A stretch of DNA of 63,834 bases, filler included, from Dimargaris cristalligena (lineage: Eukaryota): assembly GCA_003614675.1 (NCBI GenBank). It is 18 parts of 18 records of this genome, joined end to end, with 100 filler letters (N's around TTAATTAATTAA, not from the genome) between each part and the next. Parts side by side here need not be neighbours in the genome. Positions count along the whole stretch, not along the records: positions 35,712 to 39,164 come from ML003939.1; positions 39,265 to 42,603 come from ML003940.1; positions 42,704 to 46,150 come from ML003941.1; positions 46,251 to 49,694 come from ML003942.1; positions 49,795 to 53,232 come from ML003943.1; 13 more parts are not named here. One strand, 5' to 3'. Made by a program: the position numbers and the translations under genes. Below are positions 37,685 to 50,061 of the stretch, in pieces. Each line of letters opens with the position of its first letter. Position 1 is the stretch's first letter. The notes under the pieces were generated by a model that was given only the letters and a program-made list of their open reading frames with translations, searched no databases and was not told the origin of the DNA.

Positions 37685-38557
37685 TAAGCTGATAAAAGAA
37701 TAAGGAATGTTCTCCTCCGAACCGGGTTAATTGGTATAGATTTATATATATATATTGGACTCGCGGTGACGTAGGATTGCCCGCAATAAAGTTTAACTAA
37801 TGGTTGTAATTATACCTGCCAAATGCCCAATAAGTGGTATAGTAATGGAATGCAGGGATTTGAAGTCGATTCGATGGGGGCATTTTCCATCTATCAGATC
37901 CTACGGGTTGATCCGTGGCCGAAAATTCATTAGTAAGTGTGGCTTCTAATATTTGACCATTGATATGGTGGTGGTACGGTAATCAAAAGAAGGGGAATCT
38001 GATATGGGGGATTTTACAGGTTAAGCGGAGTGGAATGTTAGTTTACAGGTCACGTGTGCTATTCTGCTCCGAAGCCTCAATTATGTGCATTATATTTATA
38101 GGGAGAAGGAGGTCTTAAACGGGAGGAAGAAGCACACCCATCCATCCACCTATACTATAGCCACCTGGCCTTTCTTTACTAATTTGGCGGGGGAAACCCA
38201 CCACCCCTTCCTTAGCCAAAAGACCAATCTTCTCTGCCATATATCTACCTCTCCATACTTCGCGGTTTTGTTTGGACAAGTTGACTGGGAATATAACGCG
38301 TTTCTTACTGGGTGAGGCCGCCCACCCCTCCTTTACAAGCACACGTTCTATCTAGTCGCGCATGCCTTCTTAGACCTTTTTTCCTACTCATTGTTCACCT
38401 ATTCATTCCGACCACCTTCCCTTCAGACTTCGTTGGTTTAAATACACGCATCGGTTTTCTAATTAATTTCCCATAACTCTCCTTATTGAACCTGAACATC
38501 CCTCCTACTCTCCTTCGCTGCATATCCCTCCCCAACCCTCCTCCTCACTCGTACACC

Positions 38558-39124
38558 ATGGATGTCGATCAGCTTAGTAAAATGAAGGTGGCCGAACTCA
38601 AGGAAATCTGCGCCAGTCTGGGTCTCTCCCAGACCGGCAAGAAAGACGACCTGAAGGCCCGCATAGTGGAACATAACGCCCAGAAGGCGGACACACCGGT
38701 GGCCAAAAAAGTCAAGACCGAGCCTGTCAGCGGCGGGGATACGCCGGCCGAAGCAACTGGGAAAAGTGCACCGGCCCCATCGGCGGCTGAGCCTACCACG
38801 GCTACCCAACCCGAGAAGGCTGTTGTTGCTACTGCTGCCTCCAGCGTCCCTCACCCGGCCACCACCACTCCTTCATCGACTACTGCCCCTTCGAATGATG
38901 CTACCTCACCCTCTAAATCAGATACTAGTCCGGCGGCGACGGCTACTAGCCCTGCCCCGGCAGTGGTCGATGCCGAAGAAGAGAGACGGCGTCAACGGGC
39001 GTCGCGGTTTGGAATTACGTACCGTGCCCCTCCGAAAACTACCCCCTCTACCACCACCACCGCTGCCGCCACCAAGCAATCGACGAATGGATCTGGTAGT
39101 TTGACTAAACAGGCGAAGGTTTTG
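38558..39124 (+). CDS. THO1: SAP-domain RNA-binding protein (Tho1/SARNP-like), 3' truncated
   Basis: SAP domain LSKMKVAELKEICASLGLSQTGKKDDLKARI and EEERRRQRASRFG motif. GTAAGT donor at 39125. Confidence 0.8.
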
Positions 39125-39729
39125 GTAAGTATACACTCCGTACATTTATAGTGCCGCAATAGGGNNNNNNNNNNNNNNNNNNNNNNNNNNNNNNNNNNNN
39201 NNNNNNNNTTAATTAATTAANNNNNNNNNNNNNNNNNNNNNNNNNNNNNNNNNNNNNNNNNNNNTTCCTCCTATTTTTTTCGTTCCCAAAACTAATACCA
39301 CGAAATAGAATTGAAAAAAAATGCTTCGGCTTTTTAAAAAAATCAACCTTACCACACAGCGGGGACTACCAGCTAAGCCGAATGCCTCGGTCAACGAAAA
39401 CCAAAGCTTCAACCAGACAAGATTACCGTGTCCTAAGTTCCAGTCGGCATTAACCTTCCCCTCCCTCCTTTACTCAGCCATCCCTTCGCGATTTGCTTTT
39501 CCTGGGCAATCCTCCTATTCCTTACCCTAGTGTATTACTTCGTTAATTGGTCCTTGAAGCTCAGTCTTCACTAAACCCCGAACCCTGTCTGAGTAGTCCC
39601 TTTTTACTCTACCCCAACCAGCCTAGTCCGTATTGATATTTATAGCTTTGTTTCGAACTCAAGCAACCTTATTCTGCTCCCGCAGTTCCCGGAACCTTCG
39701 TCGACTCCGAAAAGCCCCCGCTAATCACA

Positions 39730-42003
39730 ATGGGTAAAGCCAAAAAATCCTTCGCCAAGGCCCGGGTAAACCCAATTGGCGTTCTCACCTCGCAGGCCGC
39801 CGCCACCACCACCACTGACCGGAGTAGCCAACTCTCGCTCTCCGAGCAGTCGTCTTCGGCCGCCAAGGGCAATTCCGACGGCCTCCCCATACTAAAGAAA
39901 CTCGAATCGGCCGATGCGTCGGATCGGACGTGGGCCGCCGCCAGTCTGTCCAATATCTTCATGACCAACCCGGCCTTCCGCCGCAAAATGCTGTCCCTGG
40001 ACCTAGTCGGTCGTTTGGTGGAACGCCTAACCGACGACTCCCTGGAGGTGGTCTGTGAGTGCCTGGGCGCCCTACGCAACCTGGGTACCTTGGCCGATCC
40101 CGGTATTGACGCCCAAATGTTCAAGAAGAACTTGCACGTGGCTATGCGCAACCTTATCGCCAAACTGTCGGGCTACATCGACCAGTACCTTAGTCAGCAG
40201 ATGGACAAGGCAGATAAGCAACTGCCCGTCGATCTAACGGCGAAACTCATGTGGGATTTATCGGAACATATCATGTCTCTGATGCTATCCTTCAGCGAGT
40301 CTTCCCGTACCGGCATGACCAATGTTAACTCCATGGATCCCCTACCTTTCCTTATGTCGTTCCTGAGCACCCCCGATGAGCGTATCCCTCCTGCTTGCCG
40401 TGTTCTGGCGGGCCAGTGCCTCTACACCATCACCGACGAAAATGACGGCTGTACCCGTCGGGTGCGCAGTCGGTCCGACTATATCGAGACCCTGTGCGGC
40501 GTGCTGGAAACCAAGCCCAAGCTGCTCAAGGGGATGCGCGAGCTGCCCGTGTTTGCTGGCGGTGTGCTATACCACGTAGTGACCCTCGACTCCAAATCCC
40601 ACCCCACGACCGCTGAACTGGTCAAGACTCTTCCCACCACGCTATTAGGCGTACTCGCCGACCAACTGCCCAATGAATCGGAGGTCGAGTCCATAATCAA
40701 CAAGGCCGTCAGTCAGGCCCGCCTGATCAACCTCGATGTCACCGTTTTAGCTACTGATAAACGGAGCAAGGCCAGTAGCGCGGCTATCCAGGCTCTGGGT
40801 GAACTAGAAAACTCGGTTATTTCGCTCCAAGTGAATCTTGAATTGCTGGCCAACCTGTTCACTCAGGAACAGGCCAAAACCGAATCGGGCTCCGGTGATT
40901 CCAAGCCTGTGGACCCCAGCCAGGATAATGGCGATGGCGAGGAACTTGCTGGAGACTCGGATGCCGATATGGAGGAGGATGACGACTTGGATGAGGAGGA
41001 TCTGGATGATATGGACCAGTTAGCGGCGGGTGACAACGACGGCGAAGTGGACGAGTCCCTTAGCTCGCGCATTGTCGATTTGTTTGTCAAGCGCGTTCTA
41101 CCCCGTGCTTTAGCCTGGCTTACCACCACTGGCCCGTACATGGCCGCTCTGCCCGTGGAGGCTAGTGAGGTCAATGAAGAAACCGACGCTCTGGCTGCTT
41201 CAACCCTTACCTCCTTCCAACGTGCCCTCCACGTCGTTCAGCTTCGGGCCCTGGGCTGTCTCAACAACTTCTTGTTGACTATGGCCGAGCCCCAGAACCG
41301 GGCCTGGTTTGCTTCCGCGGCCCAAAACGGGGGCCGTGACCTGACCCCCAGCTACTGGACCCAACTGTTTGCCCTTGCTGACGATGTAGCCCAAACTACT
41401 CCCCAACAGGAACGGTTTACGTCCGCGTTGGACTACCCCCGTTTCCAGCAGGAAGCCCTCGATACTATCTTGGGCTGTCTATGGTCGATTGGGCGCGGGT
41501 GCGACGGGCAGGTTCCGGTTAACGGTGCCCAAGTGCAATCCCTATGCCAAACTGTGCTCAATCCAGTCTTCCCCGCTGCCCTCAAAGTCAAGTGCGTGGG
41601 TATTTTGGGCCAAGTCGCCCGGCGTCAGCCCGGTCATATTGCCGAAAACCGTCTCATTGGCGACTTCCTCGTCCATCAGATCATCGACCAAGAGACCCAG
41701 CGGCTCGCTAACCTACCTTCCAATAGATCATCTAGCTATGACCCCACTCCCCTCGAATATATTTTCCAAGCCATTGATGCTATTTACGAAATCTACGGCG
41801 ATGCCGAGTTTGACTACGACCGGCCTGTGTTTGTCGAACAAAATTACCTTAACATCCTGCGGCAGCGGCAGGCCCAGTTGAAGCGGCTCGTCAAGACTGT
41901 AGATAAGCGCACCCATGGCCCTATTCGTAAACGGATCGAGGAGGTGTACATGAGCTATGCGGCCTTCATTGCCTATAAGGACGAGGAACGCAAGCGCAAG
42001 TAA
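39730..42003 (+). CDS. SYO1: Synchronized import protein 1 / HEATR3 (ARM-HEAT Rpl5/Rpl11 adaptor)
   Basis: 757-aa intronless ORF with ARVNPIG, LPILKKL.S.D..DR.WA and LTDDSLEV...GALRNL, a central acidic loop, and C-terminal DAIYEIYGDAEFDYDRPVFV. Confidence 0.88.
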   Translation: MGKAKKSFAKARVNPIGVLTSQAAATTTTDRSSQLSLSEQSSSAAKGNSDGLPILKKLESADASDRTWAAASLSNIFMTNPAFRRKMLSLDLVGRLVERLTDDSLEVVCECLGALRNLGTLADPGIDAQMFKKNLHVAMRNLIAKLSGYIDQYLSQQMDKADKQLPVDLTAKLMWDLSEHIMSLMLSFSESSRTGMTNVNSMDPLPFLMSFLSTPDERIPPACRVLAGQCLYTITDENDGCTRRVRSRSDYIETLCGVLETKPKLLKGMRELPVFAGGVLYHVVTLDSKSHPTTAELVKTLPTTLLGVLADQLPNESEVESIINKAVSQARLINLDVTVLATDKRSKASSAAIQALGELENSVISLQVNLELLANLFTQEQAKTESGSGDSKPVDPSQDNGDGEELAGDSDADMEEDDDLDEEDLDDMDQLAAGDNDGEVDESLSSRIVDLFVKRVLPRALAWLTTTGPYMAALPVEASEVNEETDALAASTLTSFQRALHVVQLRALGCLNNFLLTMAEPQNRAWFASAAQNGGRDLTPSYWTQLFALADDVAQTTPQQERFTSALDYPRFQQEALDTILGCLWSIGRGCDGQVPVNGAQVQSLCQTVLNPVFPAALKVKCVGILGQVARRQPGHIAENRLIGDFLVHQIIDQETQRLANLPSNRSSSYDPTPLEYIFQAIDAIYEIYGDAEFDYDRPVFVEQNYLNILRQRQAQLKRLVKTVDKRTHGPIRKRIEEVYMSYAAFIAYKDEERKRK

Positions 42004-42703
42004 AATAAAAAAGCAGCCTCATTCAGTTTTAGCCTTTTAAGTCTTTTTTTATTTATTACATATATCCACATCATTCATTTTCATGCGGGCTTTCGCACTC
42101 ATCTATATTTGGCCATTCAACCATAATTATAAATAATTTTAATTCAACCCCATCCATGGCTTATATTCTCTGAATAATCATGAACACTTGCGAGCCTAAA
42201 CTACTTCTATTAAGGCACACGCTTGGAAAGGGTACATAATGGCTATTCTATTAGCTGTCAGATATGTAGAACCCAAAAGCCAATAATGCACAAATTGCCC
42301 AATTGGCCCCTTATTCAAAATTTTATGTGGTTCTTTTGTATCCGCTCGACGTACTGTCCAAACGAAACCCAAGCTCGATTGAAAACATTATTTATTACGA
42401 AAACAGGAGTGGGTGCGATATAACGCAGTGGGTCTGTCGTAAATATGATGAATACAAAAGCCCAAGATTAATTTACAGTGTTGTAGAATACCTAGTCAGG
42501 GTCAACTGAAATAAACATCAAAGGGAATGGTCCTCGAAGGTGCAAAACCAAACCTTATTAAAATATTGGTACAATGGGGTGTGGTATAGATTATAGGTTC
42601 CCTNNNNNNNNNNNNNNNNNNNNNNNNNNNNNNNNNNNNNNNNNNNNTTAATTAATTAANNNNNNNNNNNNNNNNNNNNNNNNNNNNNNNNNNNNNNNNN
42701 NNN

Positions 42704-42764
42704 TTTATTATCTATCTTTTCAAATAAAGTTCAGTTTTCAAGGATTTGATTTCAGTTCTTTACA
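42704..42764 (+). repeat. LTR family C 3' end abutting the gypsy protease region
   Basis: AATAAAGTTCAG...TTCTTTACA is followed directly by pol coding sequence. Confidence 0.75.
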
Positions 42765-45700
42765 CCTTCAGACCATGCACAACCCCCAGTACGTACGACT
42801 TGGGGATACCCATCATCTAGAAATTCGTCAACAGGGACAACTACCGCTATGCCTTGGTACCTGGAAGCACCAAGTCCCTGTCCAAATTATGTCTAAAGCC
42901 TCTTACGATATTATCTTGGGACAACCTTGGATTCTAGAGCATACCCCCATTCCCCAGTGGGCTGAATACCGTCTAACTATCCCTAAGGGTAATTACATCC
43001 TCCAGGGCCAGCCTAGTTTTAACCCAGCTAAAGCAGCCATTACTTTAGTAGAGGCTAAGGATATTGAAGAAGACCTGGCCACCGAGTTAGATGCCTACCT
43101 GGTCTTAGTAGATCAAATACTACCAGAGCAAGTCCCAGTCCCTGACACTATCCAACCTATTTTGGATAAGTATCAAGATTCAGTTCTGGGACCCCTCCCT
43201 GGGGGCTTACCACCTGTACGTGCAATAGACCATCGTATTGAGACTGGTACAGAAGCCCCTGTTTACCGCCATCCCTACAAGCTACCCCAAAAGGATCTAC
43301 AGGAATTACGCCAACAACTAGATGAATATTTAGGAAAAGGTTGGATCCGACCAGGTTCCTCACCTTGGGGGGCTCCAGTAATCTTTGTCCCTAAAAAGGA
43401 TGGCTCTCGCCGGATGTGTATTGACTATTGAGCTCTAAATACCAAAACTGTTAAGAACCGGTACCCTCTCCCTCATATTGAGGAGACTTTTGCCCGCCTA
43501 GCTGGAGCCCGGGTATTTTCAAAGATTGACTTAAAATCAGGATATCACCAAATTCGGGTTCATGAGGACCATGTCGGGAAGACTGCTTTTAATACTCGCT
43601 ATGGCCAGTATGAATTTCTAGTATTACCTTTTGGGCTGACCAATGCCCCGGCCACTTTTCAGACCCTTATGAACTCAATCCTGCGGCCTTTCCTAGATAC
43701 CTTTGCCATGGTATACCTAGATGACATTCTCATTTTTAGCCCCGATATGAAATCTCATCAGCACCATTTGGAGCAAGTATTTGCTCTATTACAGGAGCAC
43801 CAGTTATTTGCTAACTTAGCTAAATGCCAGTTTGGCCAGTCCTCTATTGAGTATTTAGGACATATTATCTCTGGCTCAGGCTTGAAAGTTGATCCAGCTA
43901 AAATTCGGGCCATGCAAGAGTTCCCGGTGCCTACAACGGTTAAGGCCCTTCAGTCCTTTCTGGGGCTTACCAATTATTATCGCCGATTCATTGCTAACTA
44001 CTCCCAAATAGTGGCCCCCCTGACTAGTACATTACGGGGCAAACCCAAGGAACTCAATTGGACACCTGAATGCCAGAATGCTTTCCAAACCCTTCGCCAA
44101 CAGTTAACCCAGGCCCCTGTCTTGGTATACCCTAATTATGAGCGGCCATTTTTAGTCCATACTGATGCCTCCATAACTGCATTAGGTGCAGTCCTTATGC
44201 AAGACCATGGTCAGGGACCTCAACCCATTGCCTATGAATCGAAGAAACTTAATCCTACAGAGGCCCGCTACCCTGCCTATGAATTAGAATTATATGCCTT
44301 AGTACATGCTCTCCAAACCTGGCGCCATTACCTGTATTTACACCCATTCACAGTATATACTGATCACCGAGCCTTACAATTCCTAGCCCATACCCGCACC
44401 ATACCACTTCGGGTACATAGGTGGCTGGAGCTACTCCTAGAGTTTGACCCGGAGGTAACCTACCTCCCTGGTAAAAAGCAACTTGTAGCTGATGCCCTAT
44501 CCCGGTGTCACGAGGCCTCTATGCTGGAAACAGGGGAACCTGCCCTAAGTTCGGCCTTACCCTCAGTATTACCTACAGAAATTGAAGCTTCTGTCCGTAA
44601 TATGGTGCAACAACAGCCAGATCAATTCAGTTGGCAGGGCCAACCAGGACGTCTCCACTACCTGGTGCATGGACAAGCAGTCCCCTATATTCCACCTAGC
44701 CAGCAATTGCAAGAAATTCGCCATTATCATGATTCATTTGGTCATGAGGGTCATAAAGCAACCTTGTTTCGAATGGCACTCCGTGTTTGGTGGCCTAATT
44801 TAAAGGCTGCTATTTACTGCTACATCCAAGAATGTCCCCAGTGCCAAGTTGACCGCCGGGCATATCCCTTTATGGCTATTGAACCATCCCCCCCGGCCCC
44901 CGTAGCTAACCCAGGTGACCGATGGGCATTAGATTTTGTAGGTCCACTTCATGGAACCCCTCGGGGAAATCGTTACATTATCACTGCTATGGATCATGCC
45001 ACAGGCTATCCAGTATGCCAGCCTGTTCCTGATGCCTCAGCCTCAGCCCTGGCCCAGTTCCTGTATGAACATATTGTGTGTGTTTTTGGTTTACCTAGGG
45101 AAGTTCTATCAGATCGGGGTACCCCATTTATGAGCCAAGTATTTCAGCAATTTCTACAAGTACAGGGCACTTATCATCGTAAGACGTCAGCCTATCACCC
45201 CCAGACTAATGGCCGACTAGAACGTTTTCATGCAGAACTCAAAGGAGCTATTCGCCGACAGTGTCCTCATCCTCAACGTGACTGGGATATATTTCTTCCT
45301 GCAGTATTACTGGGTATTCGTACCCGTCAAAGTCGTGTTACCCAAGCTGTCCCAGCATATTTGATGTTTGGCATATATCCTCGTATTCCGGGGGATCAAT
45401 TGCTACCCCAATTACCAGAAGCAGAACTCCAAGACCTTCAGATGTTAACCCAGCAACGCCTGCCTGTAGTGCAGCAGAAACGCCAACTAGTTTATGATGG
45501 CCGCCGCCAGTTACATCAGCAAATTCGTGCTAAGTTTTGGCGTAATAACCCCAAGGTCTACCCCTTCTCAGAAGGAGATCATGTTATGGTTCGTGATCCT
45601 ACTGCCAAGAGTCTCCAACCGCGTTGGTTTGGTCCATTTAGAATTCACCAGGTGCTAAATTTCAGTACCTATCAAGTAACTACACTGCGTGGACATGTTC

Positions 45701-45831
45701 TAACTACTCCAATCCACCAATCCCGTATGAAATCAGCAACAGTAAACCCCCAAGGACGTCAGGTTTGGCACCTCCCTCGCAGGTATACTCATGCTTTAAG
45801 GGGGGAGGGTGTTGTGGCCGGGCCTGCTTAA
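42765..45831 (+). mobile_element. Ty3/gypsy pol (partial PR, RT, RNase H, integrase) with one premature stop
   Basis: Motifs YDIILGQPW, SPWGAPVIFVPKKDGSRRMCIDY*, YLDD, TDAS, ADALSR, HHCC, LDFVGP, SDRG, YHPQTNG, WFGPF. TGA at 43429-43431 replaces the expected CGA (Arg). Confidence 0.96.
45798..45809 (+). promoter_or_regulatory. Polypurine tract
   Basis: AAGGGGGGAGGG immediately before TG at 45810. Confidence 0.85.
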
Positions 45832-46147
45832 TCTCTAATAGTATATCCCGGCCAAACTATTTTTAGTTTAGGAAGATGAAGAACACCACCAAATACCAGT
45901 CTTCATCTTTTCCCACCCAGTTATAAGCCATTCAATGACTAGGCCGTTTTTCCAATATTCAACATTCAATATTCAGTATTCAGTATTCATAGTTCTTACT
46001 TATAACTCAAGGATCAGTTAGTTATAGGAGTCTGGGGCATATCCCCAGACTTAGTACTTGCAGAGCCACCAACATTGGTGGCTCTTTTTATTACGTTTTT
46101 ATATAAATACCTGTCGGGTATTCTCCTAATAAACAGGCAGTTTTACA
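45810..46147 (+). mobile_element. 3' LTR of the gypsy element
   Basis: TGTTG...TTTTACA with TATAAATA and AATAAA near the 3' end. Confidence 0.8.
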
Positions 46148-47013
46148 CCTNNNNNNNNNNNNNNNNNNNNNNNNNNNNNNNNNNNNNNNNNNNNTTAATT
46201 AATTAANNNNNNNNNNNNNNNNNNNNNNNNNNNNNNNNNNNNNNNNNNNNGATAAGACTAAAAAAAGAGTTCATGCTAAGTAGTTGTATGGCGTAATTCC
46301 AAGAAGGAATCCACCGGAGACTGGTTATTCCCAAGCCCCATTCATATAGGATTGTCAATAGTATAAAAGTAGTGATATAAAGTAGTCAATCATCATGGGT
46401 TAAAATCACCATTGATTTCGACGACCTATAACTTCGTCAATAATAAACGTAAAAACAAATGGAAGTATGATTTGGAAAGCTGAAGGAAAGGAGAATCGGT
46501 TAGCATAAAGAAATATTATAATAAGTTCAGCCCCGGACTATTCCCATGGGACTGACTCATCAATCATCCGGTGACCTTAAATCCACCCAAAGTATTACTA
46601 CTTTCTGGATTGATAACTGGTACTGGTGCTTACACGACCTTGACCCAGCTGCCCACGGCAGCACATATATCGAGGAAAGGGGGTACTTTCAAGGCCATAT
46701 ACCATAGTCAATATAGGGTGTGATCTGTGGGCCACGTTATCCACAGCTGCTGGACTTGTAGTTGGTAATGATGTAACTTTATCATGCTTACAGACAGTCG
46801 AAGACAAAATATGCGATAGGAATAGCAACAATTATAAGTTTAGGTACAATTTTTTATATTGTGACCTGTTCGTTAAGATGCGTGTAGGATATAAGTATAC
46901 TTCCATCGTAATCAAAAGTCGGAGGGCATTAGTCAATATATATATATAGTCAAATAGCGATTTAAGTTGCCAGGTTTCGCGAATATATGTTCACAATGAT
47001 CACAAGTGGCTGG

Positions 47014-48303
47014 CTACTCCCCATGTTGATTTTTCATGTGCACATTGAGATTACTCTTCCAAGAAAAAGATTTCTGGCAATGCACGCAGTCAAAAGACTT
47101 ATCCCTGCTGTGTATTTGGGCATGGGCAGTGAGTGCGCTTTTGCGCGGAAACATTTTTTGGCAAATATCACAGGAAAAAGTCTTCTCGTTGGAATGGGTT
47201 TGCATATGTTCATTGAGGGTGGATTTCCGTGAAAATGCCTTGCCACAATCAACGCAGGGATAGGGCTTCTCCCCGGTGTGTATTTTGGTGTGACTACGTC
47301 GATGCCCAGATGTTTTAAATGATGAGTCGCATATAGTGCAGGAGAAGGGCTTCTCCCCGGTATGCGTTCGCAAATGGTCATCGAGATTTCTTTGTAGTGC
47401 AAATGATTTGTCGCAAATATTGCAGCTATAGGGCTTCTCCTTAGTGTGGGTTCGTGTATGGACCCGGAGACGGCTGGCAAAGTCAAATACTTTACCACAA
47501 ATTTGGCAGATATGTGGAGTTTCCCTGGTATGATCTAACATATGTTTGTTGAGAGATACCAGCTGTATATACACTTTGTCGCACTTCGTACAGGGATAAG
47601 GCTTCGCTTCGATAGAGGAATTGGCACCAGTTTTGAGTCGTTTCTGGGTCGTGGTTGGGCTGTTACGTTGATCATAGGCGTACAGTTTTCTATCCTTGGG
47701 CGACGCTGGTTGTTTTTTATGACGAAGAGGTCCCGTAGGTCTGGTTTGTGGGTGACGGCGACTCTCGGGATCTAATTCCGCCGCTGCCTTTTCCTGACTC
47801 TCGAGCGGACGGCCTCCGGATGGCGAGGCACTTGCAACGACGGGTTTTTCATCCACATCAGATGAATAGTTGAACAGAGTTGATGTCAAAGTGGCATTAT
47901 CTACCTCACTGCCCGCATCAATTGTGTCGTCGATATCGTTCTCTAGACGGGGAATGCTCCCAAACGGCATGAGTTGATTGTTGAGATAGATAGAGCCAAG
48001 CGCAGCTTCTATTTGGTCGAGCTCCATTATTTCACTCCCATCCATGGTCTGCCTGGCTTGGCCAGTGAATTGTCCGAATTCGTTCCCGTCGAATTGACCT
48101 ATTCGATTAATGGTCTCTGATAATGGTGGGTCCTCGGTGTAAGAACCGGGGACGATACCCATGTTTGTGTCGCCAGTACTGAGCGGGTGGTCATGGGGAT
48201 AGTTGATATAGTCGTCGAAGTTGAATTCGGGATCGTACTCTTCAGAGGCACGGGCTAGGGAGAGAAACGCCAGAATAAAACCGACTGTTTTAACCACCCG
48301 CAT
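47014..48303 (-). CDS. Signal-peptide-bearing C2H2 (Kruppel) zinc-finger protein, 7 fingers, 429 aa
   Basis: The first in-frame ATG gives MRVVKTVGFILAFLSLARA|SEE, then an acidic region, basic patches (RHKK, KRLK) and seven C-x2-C...H-x3/4-H fingers with TGEKP-type linkers. Confidence 0.9.
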   Translation of the reverse strand: MRVVKTVGFILAFLSLARASEEYDPEFNFDDYINYPHDHPLSTGDTNMGIVPGSYTEDPPLSETINRIGQFDGNEFGQFTGQARQTMDGSEIMELDQIEAALGSIYLNNQLMPFGSIPRLENDIDDTIDAGSEVDNATLTSTLFNYSSDVDEKPVVASASPSGGRPLESQEKAAAELDPESRRHPQTRPTGPLRHKKQPASPKDRKLYAYDQRNSPTTTQKRLKTGANSSIEAKPYPCTKCDKVYIQLVSLNKHMLDHTRETPHICQICGKVFDFASRLRVHTRTHTKEKPYSCNICDKSFALQRNLDDHLRTHTGEKPFSCTICDSSFKTSGHRRSHTKIHTGEKPYPCVDCGKAFSRKSTLNEHMQTHSNEKTFSCDICQKMFPRKSALTAHAQIHSRDKSFDCVHCQKSFSWKSNLNVHMKNQHGE

Positions 48304-49859
48304 CTTTGGACTGCTGCTTAAGAGTTCTTGCGGAAAGTGGACGGTAAGGGAGTATCGCTGGAGACAGAAACGGAAGCGGCAAAACAACAACCAAGAAAAC
48401 TACGTTAATTACTAAAACAATCTGTAAATTCGTCGCTAAATGTATGTTGTGGGGCTGAAAAAAAATATAAGTTGATGTAAACGCGAAAATGCTAAACGAT
48501 GGGTGCACTGGGGGGAGACGTGTCATTGCAAAAATAGGGAGGGCTAGTGTATATTTATAAATTTATGGCTTTTATGGGAAGACACATAGGATGGGCACTA
48601 ACGAAAAAATAATACTTACCAGGCACATGGTGCGACGCCTTGTGTAATAAAATCCACTAATGCCATGTCGTTAAGGTCGAGGCCGTGGTTACATTGTTCA
48701 ACAACGCCTGCATGAGTGCAGCTTCACTATTAATTGAATTCACGATGCCTCTATTAATGGTACGCCTTTCCTCTACGGGACCCTTCTCAATCACAGCCGG
48801 GAAAAGGGCGCTGTCGATACCGGCGAGGAGTTATGCGCAAGTGATACAGGTGTGTATCACACATAGCGGACGGAACCACTAAACAGCCAATGAATTGAAC
48901 GAAGTGGCCCTTTTTTTTTTAATGGCGCTGTTTTGACCAGATGGTATACACTAATATATAGACTTATACAACAGGGATTAGGACCACTGTAGGACTATGC
49001 CCTCAAACTGCTACACTTGGGAACGCAAGGGAATAGTGCTACCTTTCAACCAGTGTGGTCTAAGGGCGTTTAGACCAGCCCCCTAGTTGAAAAAAATATA
49101 CGGAATGCTCATTGAGTTAGAGGAGGCATTCCCGGGTGTAGCTGCAGCTATATTGCCACTAATATTCGGTCTGATGCAGTTGAGTTAAGGAATATTAATG
49201 GGGAACTTGTCTCCTTTTCTGGGTGTCCCGGTGCTGAAGAGCGGGTTTCTTCACTACCATGAATAGAGGCCTCGGTCAGGTTATAATGAACATAGGAGGG
49301 GGGTTAGGCATCTTAGCGACCTATACGTCCGAGGCATACAATATACACGGAGATATTGCGACAATTTTTTTATTCAAAACCCCATTTAAAAAAAAATCTA
49401 CTCGAATTCGTAGTGTCGTAAAAGTCAAGTAAAGTAGCGAACAAAATACGGATGTTCCGAGTCAATTAGGGCTCCCCGAAAAATGCCCATAGTGTAATAT
49501 TTGTTGGAATGCATCTCCCCCCGAGTGCCATATACTGTATCGGACATTTGGAGCGATCCTATTGGCCCAAGTCATCTCTAATAAATACTGTCGCAGAGTG
49601 TTGGAAATATGGATTTGATAGTAAACGCAAGTACCTTCTAATACAACTAAAATGTTTTAAAGAAGAGAGAAAGAACCGCAAGGGGCAAGGCTAGNNNNNN
49701 NNNNNNNNNNNNNNNNNNNNNNNNNNNNNNNNNNNNNNTTAATTAATTAANNNNNNNNNNNNNNNNNNNNNNNNNNNNNNNNNNNNNNNNNNNNAGTATT
49801 ACCTATCCTTTGTGATGACTAATATTATTATCTGGGAACTCCCCTCCCTCTCCCTCTGC

Positions 49860-50061
49860 TTAGTCATCCAATATTCTGGGACCTTCTCTCCCTTTCTTTA
49901 TTATTCATTTATCTTTTCATTTAGGCTTCCCCTTTTGAGTATAAATACTCCCCCTTGCTACCATCTCTTGGAACAGTAAATCTATTATTACCTTTCCCTT
50001 CTTATCATCTATTCTTTTGAATAAAGTTCAGTTTTCAAGGATTTAATTTTAGTTCTTTATA
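49860..50061 (+). repeat. LTR family C, 3' part
   Basis: GAGTATAAATACTCCCCC...AATAAAGTTCAG...TTCTTTATA. Confidence 0.75.

Noticed and set aside
48304..48390. 29-aa N-terminal extension of the zinc-finger ORF
   Set aside because: It has a non-ATG start, and the region looks like an intron pyrimidine tract/acceptor and 5' UTR.
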